Origin: Octopus vulgaris
Lineage: Eukaryota
Direction: 5' to 3'
DNA length: 64,000 nt
Assembly (NCBI GenBank): GCA_951406725.2
Contig: OX597817.1
Coordinates: 113,584,001-113,648,000 of the forward strand
The translations under genes were made by a program, and so were the position numbers. The notes under the pieces are model-generated. The model worked only from the letters and a program-made list of their open reading frames with translations, did no database searches and was not told the DNA's origin. Positions 12,985-25,877 of the stretch are shown piece after piece (the stretch's first letter is position 1; each line of letters begins with the position of its first letter).

Positions 12985-13428
12985 AATCATCATCATCATC
13001 ATCATCATCGTTTAACGTCCACTTTCCATGCTAGCATGTGTTGGATGATTTGACTGAGGACTGGCAAACCAGATGGCTGCACCAGGTTCCAATCTTGATT
13101 TGGCAGAGTTTCTACAACTGGATGCCCTTCCTAACACCAACCACTCCAAGAGTGTAGTGGGTGCTTTTACGTGCCACCAGCACGAGGGCCAGTCAGTCAG
13201 TACTGGCAACAGTCACGGAAAATCGTGTTTTTTTTTTACATGTCACCAGCATACTGGCACTTGTGCCAGTAAGGTGACGCTGGTAACGATCACACTCGAA
13301 AGGTGCTTTTTACATGCCACTGGCACGAACGCCAGTTAGCCGCTCTGACAATGAACACGTTCAGATGGTGCTCTTAGTGCTCCACTAGCATGGATGCCAG
13401 TCATCGAATTTGATTTCAATTCCGATTT
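12985..13428 (-). mobile_element. RTE-type 3' tail copy
   Basis: Same family as 7861-8793, with internal GTGCCAC tandem units. Confidence 0.8.
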
Positions 13429-14513
13429 AACATGTATGGATTTCTTTTATCTTATTAATATATATTTGTGTGAGTGTATGTTTCTACATGTATGTTAGCT
13501 GTGCAGTTGTTGATACCCAAAGTAAGTGGATAAGTGTAATTTTTATCTTCAGATATAGCTTCTTGCGCAATTCTGTAAAAAAGCATTTAATTGTAATGGA
13601 TTTTTGGATAGTACAAAATATATACCCATGCCTATTGTTTTCAAATATAGAAACAGAAAAAAAAAATTCTCTGGTTTAATCTAATTTATAGTTTAAATGC
13701 TTGTATGAATAAAGTTGAGTTTTGACAGTCTCACTTTATTTTGCATGAGATTGTAGATCCTATAGAATCCCAAATAGAAAGTTTATTAAAGGTTTTTACT
13801 CTAATTGCCAAAATTTTTCTTACTCCGTCAATTCCATGAATACAATGCCATCATGAAGCACAGTTGTAATTCTTTGAATTTTTGTAACTGTTCATTAAGC
13901 ATTTCTTTAGTGTCAGGACAATGTTGATTGGTGGCTTTCAATCAAAATCCTTTATGAAAGTGTCAGGAAATAGATTTAAAATAAGATACTACTTCCATAG
14001 ACATTCATTAATCAATCAAAAGAGGGAAAATTGTAACTTGCCTTTTTATATATATTTTGACGTTAAAAGAAACTTGTGTTAGTAACTTTCATATAATTCA
14101 ATCCATTCTTGCACCTGCTAACTAACATAGTAACAGAAGAAATAACCTCTGAGTTGTCATCTTTGCTCAACCAAAGAATGATTAATATTATCACAGAATG
14201 GACATCTTGAGTTCAAGAATTGATATTATTTGCAATTGTTTGCATAAAGAGATATATTTGCCCTTGTTATTTTTCAAAAAACGGATCTGCTATAGAAAAT
14301 TTTCAATGAAAATTTTCTGACACTATCATACTTTTTTGTTTTTATTTCCATATTTGTTACATATCTTTCTTTTCTGCATCATATTGTAAACAATTTATTA
14401 TGATTTATAAATGAAAAGGAAGATCTGATAGCATTTTGAAACGTAATTTTTTTTATCGCTATAATTAATCTATTACTAGCTTTCTCACTTTCTCATCTTG
14501 TTTGTTTCTTTAA

Positions 14514-14724
14514 CCCTTTAGTGTTCAGATTACTCAGTTAAATGTAATAATACTTACTCAAATTGTTTTGAATTAATCATGCTTCATCTCATAACATTAA
14601 GATTTCAATGATGTAATTGTTTATTTTCACAATGACATTGTAAGGTAGATGTGAGAGGCCAGATTGTACTAGTTTGAATATAAAACATGTAGAATATTTA
14701 GGCTAGATATGGCTGGTTTAAGGG
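14514..14724. mobile_element. piggyBac-type MITE
   Basis: TTAA|CCCTTTA ... TTTAAGGG|TTAA ends; a second copy lacking its left end lies at about 15767-15985. Confidence 0.7.
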
Positions 14725-16109
14725 TTAATATTAAAGTAATTTGCTGAAATTTCGTCAAGGCCAGCTTTGCCTTTCATCCTTTCAGGGTTGATAGAATAAG
14801 TACCAGCTGAACACTGGGGTTGATGTAATCAATTTGCGCCCTCACTTGAAACTGCTAGCCTTCTGTCAAAATGTGAAATCAATATTAAAGTAGTTTGGTA
14901 TTTTGTGGTACTTCAGTATGAATAATGTTTTGTGAATGGCAGTATGAATAATATTTTGTGAATGGCCAAAACACCTGCAGGTAAAATATGAGTTTTCTGT
15001 TTTTTTTTTTTTTTTCTAATTTCATATTTAGTTAATCTTGTTTTTGCATATGTAAACAATCAAATATCTCTTATTTATTGTTACACATACATTTGCAGAA
15101 ATGCTTCCTTTTTCTTTTGATATCTGAATATTTTTATTAATGGTTACCTGTTTAATGTTCATATTTTGTTCTAAAATATTTGAGTTGAAACTCAGAGTCA
15201 CAAAATTTGAAGTGTTGATGTGTGTGTGAGTGAGTGTGTGTGTGTGTGTGTGTGTTGTGCGCGTGTGCATGTATGTATGCATGCATATATGGATGGATGG
15301 ATCCATGCATGTATGTTGTGTTTATAGATATATGTATGTGTACATACATATATAGATATAGATATATGGACAGTCACATAGACAGACAGATAGATAGATA
15401 GGTGTGCACAGATATACATATTAGAGTTTACATGTGTAATATAGAGAGCTGAAAAACTTTCATTAACTGTGATTATTCTAAAAATTAGAAGTCAAAACTC
15501 TTTGGGTTCTTTCAAACCCAAGAAAAAAAATTCCCTCCAAACAAGGGAGATAACTCCAAATGTTTATTCCAATTTTTGGAAAAATAGTCAAATTTGTTGC
15601 AAATTCAGCTAGTCGTTAAAAAGATGTTGAAAGCAAGGGATATGTTTTCTTCTTGTCATACCTCCTTGGTAAGAATATTCAGCTCCTAGAAATGAAGAGA
15701 AAGTGGTGATGCTGATTATGGATATCAGCAGTTGTATTGAAGGAAAAATGCCCCAGACGAGCTTCTGGCATTCACATTATTCTCTCAAAAGTAATGCTTA
15801 TTTATTCACATTGTTTTGAATTAATCTTGCCTTATTTTCTAGCTTTGAGGTTTTTGATGAGGTGACTGTAAATTTTTAGAATGACATTGTAGGGTTGGTG
15901 CGAGAGGCCAGATTTGGCCAGTTTGAACATAAAACACGTAGAATATTTTGGCTGGATATAGCAAGTTTAAATGCCAAAGGGTTAAATACACATACAGTAG
16001 AGTTTTGTACATTTGATATAACTTCTGTTACATGTAGACATTAGTTACCATCAAAGATGACCTGGTAGCGTATATTATGTTTTCATCAATTATTTTAGGG
16101 GTCTGTGTA

Positions 16110-16510
16110 GATATGGTTGTATGGTTAAGAAGTTTGCTTCTCAACCACATGGTTCTGTGTTCAGTCTCACTGTGTGGCACACCTAAGGCAATTTTCTCCT
16201 ACTATAGCTTCAGGCCAACCAAAGCCTTGTGAGTGGATTTGATTAGCAGAAACTGAAAGAAGCCAGCGAGCTGGTAGAACCGTTAGCACGCCGGGCGAAA
16301 TGCGTAGCTGTATTTCGTCTGCCGTTACGTTCTGAGTTCAAATTCCGACGAGGTCGACTTTGCCTCTCATCCTTTCGAGGTCGATAAATCAAGTACCAGT
16401 TACGCACTGGGGTCGATATAATCGACTTAATCCGTTTGTCTGTCTTTGTTTGTCCCCTCTATGTTTAGCCCCTTGTGGGCAATAAAGAAATAAGAAACTG
16501 AAAGAAACCT
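16110..16510 (+). mobile_element. SINE family A interrupted by a full SINE family B copy (16265-16495)
   Basis: Family A head TGGTTAAGAAGTTTGCTTC...; family B copy flanked by duplicated AGAAACTGAAAGAA at 16248-16261 and 16493-16506. Confidence 0.8.
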
Positions 16511-16516
16511 GATATA

Positions 16517-16572
<56 letters not shown>

Positions 16573-16691
16573 ATAACAAATTTTTTAGAGATTTCTATCG
16601 GTTTATTTCAAGATGCATAAAGTATTAATGGTTATCGACAATTTTTTGTTTCGGCATATTTGGCATTATAATTTTTCTTCTGCCCTTATCT

Positions 16692-16731
<40 letters not shown>

Positions 16732-17135
16732 GGGTGAAAAATTGAATATTAATTTGATTGATAGCAATTTAAAACCAGTGGTCTAGCATATTGAAAATAT
16801 CTGAAGATTCAGAAAAATTATATTACATACATATAAGAGGGATGACCACTAAGTGGATATCCAATATGCTAGATGTAGACCCCATATGGTCTGACCACTA
16901 AGAAAAGATAGTTCTCAAGAAAATTCAGCAAATGCCAGAACATAAGTGAGCAAGATAAAAAGATATAAAATGTAAAGATTAGTCACAAACTCGGTTTCAT
17001 TGTTACCACTTACGTAATACATATGTATTACGTAAAAGAGTCCGGTACAGTAAGCACTAGGCTTTCAGACAATATGTTCTGCTAAAGGCGATCTTCCAGC
17101 ATGGCTGTAGTCAAATGACAGAAACAATTAAAAGA

Positions 17136-17170
<35 letters not shown>

Positions 17171-17320
17171 GAAATAATAGGTTAGCCATTATCTTTTACT
17201 CGTTTCAGTCTTAGGCTGTGGCCATGCTGGCGCACTGCCATGAAGAATTTTAGTTGAACAAATCAACCCCAATACATTTTTTAAAGTCTGGTACTTATGC
17301 TATCAGTCTCTGTCTGTTTG

Positions 17321-17351
<31 letters not shown>

Positions 17352-17361
17352 TTATATATAT

Positions 17362-17428
<67 letters not shown>

Positions 17429-17697
17429 CATGGTCCAACCCATGCTAGCATGGAAAACGGATGTTAAACGATGATGATGATAATGATGCACACACATATA
17501 TATATATGACAGGCTTCTTTTAGTTTCTGTCTACCAAATCCATTCACAGGGCTTTGGTCAGCCGAAGGTTATAGTAGAAAACAATTGTCCAAGGTTCCAC
17601 ACAGTGGGACTAAAACTAGAACCATGTGGTTGGGAAGCAAACTTCTTACTACTCAGCCATATACATATATTTATTATAGGCTTACAGACAGACAAAT

Positions 17698-17729
<32 letters not shown>

Positions 17730-17908
17730 TAGCTATTTCCCCTTGCTATACCCAAATCATTATACTAAGATGAACTTCACTTACATCCCCATGCTTGTTC
17801 TTATTCTTACTCCTATTCTTTTTCTACTCTTTTTTAAAAAGGCAAACACACGGTAGCTATTATTAACTGCTTTTTTTTACATGTGTTAGCTGTCCCAACC
17901 ACTTAGAC

Positions 17909-18031
17909 CCTCTGAAGAAGCCTAGAGGCACATTCATTGTCCAAGCCTTACCTGCTCATTCCTACATAACACTGAAGAGATGGAGATAACCCGGAAGATT
18001 TTGTTGCCTTTTGGCAAAAACAGCCGTAAGG
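17909..18031 (+). ncRNA. Degenerate type I hammerhead ribozyme with long stem II insertion
   Basis: CCT-CTGAAGA-A-GCCTAGAGGCA...TGCCTTTTGGC-AAAAA-CAGCCG-TA-AGG; the GAAA box has lost its G. Confidence 0.55.
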
Positions 18032-18462
18032 AACTAGCACCTACATACCCATTCAGATTTACAGACAATCTGTTTATTTACTTTTACTCATTTATTCAAT
18101 TAATCACCTGTTCCTGTATGATTATATGCTTTCACACCCATATTTTTGCAATTACCAACTCTTTCTATTTGATAATCTGTACCATTAATACATGTTATGT
18201 ATTCATCTAATACATTGGAATAAATAGACATACTGGAATGCTTACTGGCTGATGTCTGTCATTTTTGTATTCTCTCTACTTTCTTATTTGTCGTATAAAT
18301 CAAGGAAGGGTAAACCAATTTTTACCTCCGCCCATATATAACACTCAATTGCGAGATTGCCACGCAAAAACTAGCACTTGGGTATGAATATCTGGGTACA
18401 CTACCAGCAATATATTGAATAGGTACTACCTCTTAGTTGGTTTCTCAACCTCTAACTCATAC

Positions 18463-18640
<178 letters not shown>

Positions 18641-18696
18641 GTTCCATTCGAATTGTTGGTCCTTATTGCCTTTGTTGTGTTTTAGATTCCAAATCA

Positions 18697-19466
18697 GAGA
18701 TCTTTTCTGTTTGGTTACCAGTGGCTCCAAAAATTAAAGTTTACCAAAAATTTTTTAATTTAGCAGAATAATACACTTGCCCAAACTGAATTGTTGGAAT
18801 TATTTCATTTTTTCCAGAAAAATATTTTAAAAAAGTTATAGAGGTTTTATAGTTTGATCATTTTCACCCAATCAGGAAACAGGATTTGGAAGCTGTCAGT
18901 TTGTGTGTGACTGAACATTTTGTCGTCAATATCCTGAAAAATAGCATGTGTTGCCAATATTTGTAAACAACACCTGTTATGGTAATTTTCTTTCATGTAA
19001 ATAAATGTTTATGTTAATTTAAAAGAGAAAAAAACCAGTTATCTCTCAGCGAGATGTTGACAAATAAATTTTAATTTAAAAGATTTGTTGAAAAAAATCT
19101 TATTTAGCTGTTATTTTTAGCACTCCTCACAACCACCTCAATGCTCAATGACAAAAAGAAATTAGTAAACAAGGCTGCTAACAACACGTGCTTCCTCGCA
19201 GACTTTTCAAAGACTATGGCAACAGGCAAAAGAGTTCTCATGTTTCAGCTTGTTACCATCGAAACAGACATGAATGTGTCTATGGCTTACGATTGGCTAA
19301 AATTTCCAAAATCTTCAAACTTTAATTACTAATAACTCTTTATTTATTGATTTAAAGCGAAAATTACTTTCACGTCATTAATTAGCCTATAAAAGTGTAT
19401 CATTACATTGAATATGGAATCAATTCGAACAAAAATTGACGCTGGTAACCAAACAGAAAAGATCCC
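18697..19466. mobile_element. 770-bp non-autonomous TIR element (MITE)
   Basis: TIRs GAGATCTTTTCTGTTTGGTTACCAG / CTGGTAACCAAACAGAAAAGATCCC; flanking duplication AAATCA at 18691-18696 and 19467-19472. Confidence 0.85.
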
Positions 19467-19668
19467 AAATCAGTTCGGACTGAGTAGAGCTATGACTAAA
19501 TGCGTTGTTTCACGTATGTTTCCTTTTGTACGGTCGTAGACGAATTTGGCTGCTATTTCTAACGAGTCAATATTAGAAACGCCCGCACAGAACCTTCTTC
19601 GCTGGTTGGTAACTGATCAGAAAATATAAAGGTGTTTGCATGTAGTTTGATTCTATAAAGGTATTTAC

Positions 19669-19745
<77 letters not shown>

Positions 19746-19878
19746 AACATGCGTGTGTGTGTAAATGCATGAATTACATTATTGTATTCGAAGATGGAGT
19801 AGCAGATTTTATAGTTCAAGGAACAACGTTCAAATATCAACTTGACTAACTGTGAGTCGCACAGCAAAGAAATTGCTG

Positions 19879-19892
19879 GTTGTCATGGAAAC
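19879..19892. promoter_or_regulatory. Candidate RFX X-box
   Basis: GTTGTCATGGAAAC fits GTHNYY-AT-RRNAAC and lies in non-repeat, CpG-retaining sequence. Confidence 0.4.
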
Positions 19893-21350
19893 AATTTTTT
19901 TCCCGGTCAGATCCATGTCTCGGTGATAAAATGTTGATAAAGTGTTGTGTTATGTCTGTCTGTGCCACAGTTTCCGCATGTTAATTCAAGCAGAGATTGT
20001 CCATTTACGTGAATTAACGTGTGTACACGCGAAGATAATGTTGTTATGCACGTGCGTGTGCGCGCGTTAGATTATGAGTATGTAGTGTGCATGATTATAT
20101 AAGCGCCTGTGTCGTGTGTGAAGAGGAAATATTGACACCTGAAACTAAACAATAATAACATAAAGTGTTTAGGGAATACTGAACCGTGGGGGAAATAGTA
20201 GAGCTCTGGACTCAACATGCATTATATTTCATTTCACTTTGGTGGTTGATAAAATAGTTATCGGTGATATCTTTGTCCTTCCTCTTTTGCATAAACTGGC
20301 TTTGTTTTTAGTTATCTTTTTTAATCACCGTTTTATGTATGTGCATGGATATATCTTGTTTATCCCCAGGTGAACGCAATGTAAGCAGACCTATGATCAA
20401 AAGTATTCCAGCTGTCTATATTTCATGTAGTGAATCAAGGATTACGTTACCTCCCTATTTCTTTTTTCAACGGTATGGTGTGATTGATGTAGCTCTTATG
20501 TTTAGCGGATGGAACTACAACGTAGAGGCTCCTTCTTTGGTTCGTGGTGACATGTGTGATTTCAATTCCGCAAAAGCCGATTTTTCAAGAAATCGGAAGT
20601 ATATGTGAAATAAGAATTGAAGAATTGTTAATATGGTCTCGTCCGAAGCTTGATAATATTTGTGTTTACGAAGAAGCATATACGTGGTGACTTTAATTGC
20701 TAGAAATAACAACTGAATCACACCACGTCAGAAAGTAAGGAAAAGACCCGACATATTGAACAATATAGTCCCGGATGTGTTTGGGGACAGCTGAAATACC
20801 TTTGATAAGCTTGACGAAGGGTTAAATAGCATCAACAATTGATAGTTAAGCAAAGCGATGAAACAATGTAAGTGTGCGTGCAATTTATTTAAAGTAGCAA
20901 ATATGACGCCACCAAGAGTTGCAATAAACCAATTATGGCCACTGTATTTGATGTAGTGGGGGGATATGATTAATAAATAATCTCCCTGAAAACGAAATTC
21001 TGGTGAGTGAATTGTGATGTTTGGATCTGACAGAATAGAAAGAGTGAATGTGTTTATGCATGTACACACATACATAAAAATACACCCATACTTCAAGCTA
21101 TCCATTACATTGACACATATCGATCTTAACGTGTACAGGTGACAATTCCAGCCATATTTTGGCCTTATTAAACTTCTTCAGCAAAGCTTAGCCTCTCCCG
21201 TATTTGCCAAATTAAAAAGACAATGACTATACTATATTGGTGCACAATAATGTACACGTGTGGATATCAAAAATGTTCATAATGACTATGACAAATTATT
21301 CGAAATATGTCCAGCTTTTTCACCGGTACTTGCCCAGATCAAATTAAATA

Positions 21351-21570
21351 TTTATTTCTTTATAGCACACAGGGGTCTTAACATAGAGGGGACAAATAAG
21401 GACATGCAAAGGGATTAAGTCGATTACATCGACCCCATTGCGTAACTGGTACTTATTTAATCGACCCCGAAAGGACGAAAGGCAAAGTCGACCTCGGTCG
21501 AATTTGAACTCAGAACATAAGGCTAAACATTTTGCCCGGCGTGCTAACGATTCTGCCAGCTCGCCGCCCT
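21351..21570 (-). mobile_element. SINE family B, near-full-length
   Basis: Reverse complement of 16265-16495, from the head (GGCGGCGAGCTGGCAGAATCGTTAGCACGCCGGGC) to the AAAGAAATAAA tail. Confidence 0.8.
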
Positions 21571-21589
21571 AAATTTAATTAATATTATC

Positions 21590-22810
21590 CATTCAGCAAA
21601 CCAGCACACTCGCAGCATTACCACAGCTTTACCAATCGCCCTCACGGGCATCAGATGTCACCTCGGTAAGGTGAGCTGAGAACGTTGACAAGAACTTCGG
21701 GTTGAGTGGCCCAGTCCTTCCAAACGTCTCAAACGCCACACGCTGGAATAGATAGTTCACTGTCAGGTCCTGATAATTCAGTTTTCTTCCGTTCGTCTAC
21801 GGAAGCAGTGACACTCCCATTAACTGCAGCATGTGGGAGGGAGCAAAGGAGTCACAGACTGTGGTGTCCCAAATGAGATACCTACCTCTAATCCAGGAAC
21901 AGAAGAGAAGACCATCTGGTCTCTTTCATCGCTTTTGGATAACCCCGACGGCTCCAGCAATGAGGGGATATTAATCCGAGCCAGGGCCCGCTTAATGATT
22001 AGGTTTAGCTTGGTGTGGCAAGTGAAGCAACCAAAATTTAGGCGGCAAGACAGACCGTGAAGGCCTGTGTGGTCGAGGGGGCCTACCACAGTGGTATCTC
22101 AGTCCCTACAGACGTCAACTCCCACTCTGTGTGCGATGGAGATGCGGAGTTCATCTAGACCGAGTAGACCCTCAATGTTGGTCATAGGCAGGGCATCAAT
22201 CCAGTCGCCCGAGAATTTTGCACTAGCTGAAAGTAGGCGATACCTTGAAAATTAATCAGATTGATCAAGGAGAGAGTTGAAAGTGGCACCTGAACGCAGA
22301 TTGTTCCATACTCTCTGTTTCCGTCTATCCTCCACTGTAACCGGAACTGACAAACCCAGCTCTCTCCACTGCGACAGAGCTTCATCCATCTTCCTGTTGG
22401 AATCAGTCCATGTTGGAGAGGAGAGGATGTTGCCTACCAAAGGGGAGCAAGCGTGGATGGAGGGAAAAAACAGGGAAGAGATAATGACGAGCAGTTGCGC
22501 AGACCTAGACCTCCAAACCGCTTAGTCGCGGGAGAGTTTCCTGAAGATTAGGTCGTTAAAGTATTGGAGGGACGACAGGAATCTATAAGAGGGACTAACT
22601 CTCAGAAAATACAATAGCTTAGGAATTGATTTGTAATTCCTAGGTATAAAAAAAAACCTTGGTGGAGTTCAATTACTTCAATGTTTTTCAGAAGTTGTTC
22701 AAGGTTAGCCATTTTGGATCTAAAGATGGACTCGAAAGCTAGGTCAGTAATTGGGGCTGTAAGGGAGATTTTGCGAGAAATGAAGTCAATCTCAGTAGCA
22801 TTTGACCCCT
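21590..22810 (-). mobile_element. Decayed non-LTR retrotransposon with restriction-like endonuclease (CRE/SLACS-like)
   Basis: GLHGLSCR..G.F..HTKLNLIIKRAL...IPSLLEPSGL..SD, then frameshifted RPDG..L.P...G.YLIWD.TV.D; this is a zinc knuckle plus a PD..D RLE motif. Confidence 0.7.
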
Positions 22811-24589
22811 AAAACAACGCGTATTATATATTTCTTATAAAGCTATAAAATCCGAGAATTATATGGATCATTCATGCCCTTCTACAGTACGTTTGTTGCT
22901 GTTGTTTAGCTTCAAGCCAGCCCTGATTGAACACACACCTCTGATATCAAAAGTATTCAAGCTGTGACCGTCTTGTCATAATTTCAGAAATAATGTATCC
23001 TGAATCTCATTATATAATGATTCCATTTAAAATAAATGATAGTGTGTTTTGAGGGACAGATAGCTTCTATATTTTACTGGCTTTACGATCATGTAGAAGT
23101 TCTTTCACTGACTCGAGAGTATTAGTTATCTCAGGAAAACGAAATAATTAGTGAAATATTTACTCCACTTTTAGTAACCCTTTCTTTGTAACGCGCTTTT
23201 TCATTTTATTTGAAGTTACAGCAATCCAGTAGGAATATAAAATATTCTTTTCGATTATCGCAAAATTAGAAAGACACTGTTCGAACCTTTTAAGGAAAAA
23301 AAGTGATGGGTTGGTAGAATCGTTAAACGCCTTGCAGTGGTTCTTGAGACTCCTTACGTTCTGAGTTCAAATCTCGTCGAGGCCAATTAGATGTTTCTTC
23401 CCTTTAGGATCAAAAGGTTAACATGCAGTTTAGCGTCTTAAAAATATGGAAGGAAATTGAAGTTTTCATTTTTTTCTTTCCTTGCTCATGTTTGTGTATT
23501 TTCTTCGTTTTTTTAAATTAATATTTTAATGCAGTTTTGTATTGTATTTGAATCATATACATACGTGTTATATATGTAATTATTAAATTCAAATCTTAAT
23601 TGTCTAAAAAAAAGTTATACCGTTAACCAAAGTTATGATAGAAACTGGGAAGAACATCAGAATTGAATTATAATTATTTAACATGAAAACGATGCATAAG
23701 AATGTACACATAATTTGAACTTATATCGCTATCGCCTCACGCTAATACAGATATGATGTTAATCACTCGTTCCATTGTTTCCCAAGTTCCTTCTTGACAA
23801 GTAGCTGTCGCTCCTCGATAGGCCGTGTATGGGTGCTCTCATCGTTGGATTATCAAAATTTAAAGAATGGTTCCACAACTTCGCGCGCGCGGCACCACCA
23901 CCACCAGCGCGCCCGCACGCACACACACACATCAAATAAGTCCCTGTTGCTTTTCACTGGTGTTCATTATTTGGTATTCATGTACTTCAGCTGCTATTTC
24001 AGAAAGGCTCATGCTATCACTAGAAGATACTCTATAATTAAGGCCTGTGATAACGAAATCATTGCATTTTTCAGTGCAGTTTACTTTCACCTTCATATCG
24101 ACTGTCATCGACTAACCCCTCCTATTAAAAAAAAAAAATGACTGGCCTTGTGCTTAAATCAGATACCATTAGTTTAAACTTGGGTGTTTCACAACCAAAT
24201 AAACATCCGAAATAGAATCGTGACGCCAGATTTCGTTGTCGCCAGTCTTTACTGGAAGACTTCTTTATTTCAATAGCTTCCAGTCGCTTATATAAGTGAA
24301 ACATCCAAACTGTCATACAGTTCAAATTACTAGTCACTACTCATCTCACAATCGCCCTGCAAAACGACTAAGCGTACGAGTTTCAGTGTAGCGGAACAAG
24401 TCTAAGGGAGATAATTCTTGTCTTAATAGCACCAAGTTTAGAAATGGAGCTGAAAACGAGTTGTAAATTCATTTTTAACACGTTCTCCTACAATCAAACA
24501 TCAAAATGGTTTTTCGCTGTTGAATTTCTTCTGGGAGAACGACTAATAAATAAATAAATAAGAGGAAAGTTATTGTATTGGCTTTGATA

Positions 24590-24735
24590 TAGCTGCATGG
24601 TTAAGAAGTTTGTTTCACAACCACTTGGTTATGGGTTCAGTCCCACTATACGGCACCTTGGGCAAGTATCTTCTATTGTAGCCGCTCAGAGCCGATCAAT
24701 TCCTTGTAAGTGAATTTACGAGACGGAGACTGTGT
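24590..24735 (+). mobile_element. SINE family A 5' part
   Basis: TGGTTAAGAAGTTTG...GGGTTCAGTCCCACT...CACCTTGGGCAAGT, with Pol III A/B-box-like head. Confidence 0.7.
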
Positions 24736-24750
24736 GTGTTTGTATGTGTA

Positions 24751-24984
24751 TCGTTTTTGAATTTGGTTTGCAAGATTCTTTATGTGAGTTCGTGTGTTGA
24801 AGCATATTCTGTTGTGTCTGGAGAGAGTCATTCTCTTTTAGTGCCTTATAATTTAACACACTCACCAGTTGCAAGACGCAACGAAAATTTCAGAAAAATG
24901 AAAAAGAAATAAGTAGAAATTTAACCGGTGAGTGTGTTAAATTATAAGGCACCAGAAGAGAATGACTCTCCCCAAACACAACAG

Positions 24985-24988
<4 letters not shown>
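24751..24988. mobile_element. Fold-back interspersed repeat, copy 2
   Basis: Arms about 24805-24869 and 24924-24988, homologous to 4464-4700; followed by (CA)n. Confidence 0.85.
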
Positions 24989-25051
<63 letters not shown>

Positions 25052-25091
25052 CAAATTAAAGACAGAAGATGGAATATACGAGAATTTATTA

Positions 25092-25202
25092 TTAATCACA
25101 ACAATTGTTTCAACACATCTAGCATCGATTCCTCTTGGGTGGGACACTCAACAACTGGTTCAGGAACATCCGGTGGTACAGATGTATCTCGTCAGGTATT
25201 AA
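25092..25202 (-). ncRNA. Type I hammerhead ribozyme with intact core
   Basis: Minus strand TTAATAC-CTGACGA-GATACATCT...AGATGTGTT-GAAA-CAATTG-TT-GTGATTAA; 9-bp stem II, palindromic stem III, bulged stem I. Confidence 0.75.
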
Positions 25203-25604
25203 ATAAATAAATATAACTTGTTAAAAATCACTGTTCTGCAATGTAACTTTCCGTTTTGTAGAGAGAAAAACAACCAGACGGAGGAAATATCTTCATTTAT
25301 ACAGAAGATCAAAAATAAAATCACAGAGGACAAAAAGAGAAATGAACATGCAATCCAGTGAGAAGAGTATTAAAAATAATCGTTAAGAGATATGGATGTA
25401 TAAACGCCCTCAGGCAAGCTGCAGGGGACGAGTACATTCGCTCATACACGCATCCGCGAAAATGTGAGCATACGCACATGTAAGGTTTGGTGCACTCATG
25501 ATCACAAAGAGAGTTAGTTTATTTACTTGGTGTTTATAAGAATGAGGAGGTTAAAAGTAAACTTAAGTCATCCATACCTTAAATCAAATTAAATTAATGG
25601 TTAC

Positions 25605-25877
25605 TCAAAATTTATTCTCACTGCATTTATATGCGTGTAGGCATCTCGAGAGTCGTTCAGAAATTCTATTAATTATCTTCTCGTTAGTCCACAAATAGAC
25701 AGGGATTCCTTGGAGCAGAGACGGCATCTCCTGGAAATTATATTGTATGATTTTGCATACCTTACTATGGACCAATTAATGCTGTACTTCATTTTATCCT
25801 TCTTCAGTCACCATAAAAAATCTGTGAAAGATGTTGACTGTCTCTTATTGATTGCCTTAAAGCTGTCAACATGGTCA
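25605..25877 (-). pseudogene. Penelope-like element GIY-YIG endonuclease C-terminal remnant
   Basis: DHVDSFKAINKRQSTSFTDFLW*LKKDKMKYSINWSIVRYAKSYNIISRRCRLCSKE, frameshift, IINRISERLSRCLHAYK; same strand as and upstream of the hammerhead at 25092-25202. Confidence 0.75.

Noticed and set aside
16630-16690. Minus-strand GAAA-CAA..TTG-TC hammerhead-like half
   Set aside because: The upstream box is CAGAAGA with no credible stem I or II
21140-21190. Minus-strand CTGAAGA followed by a weak hairpin
   Set aside because: GAAA, stem III and stem I are all defective; cannot be separated from chance
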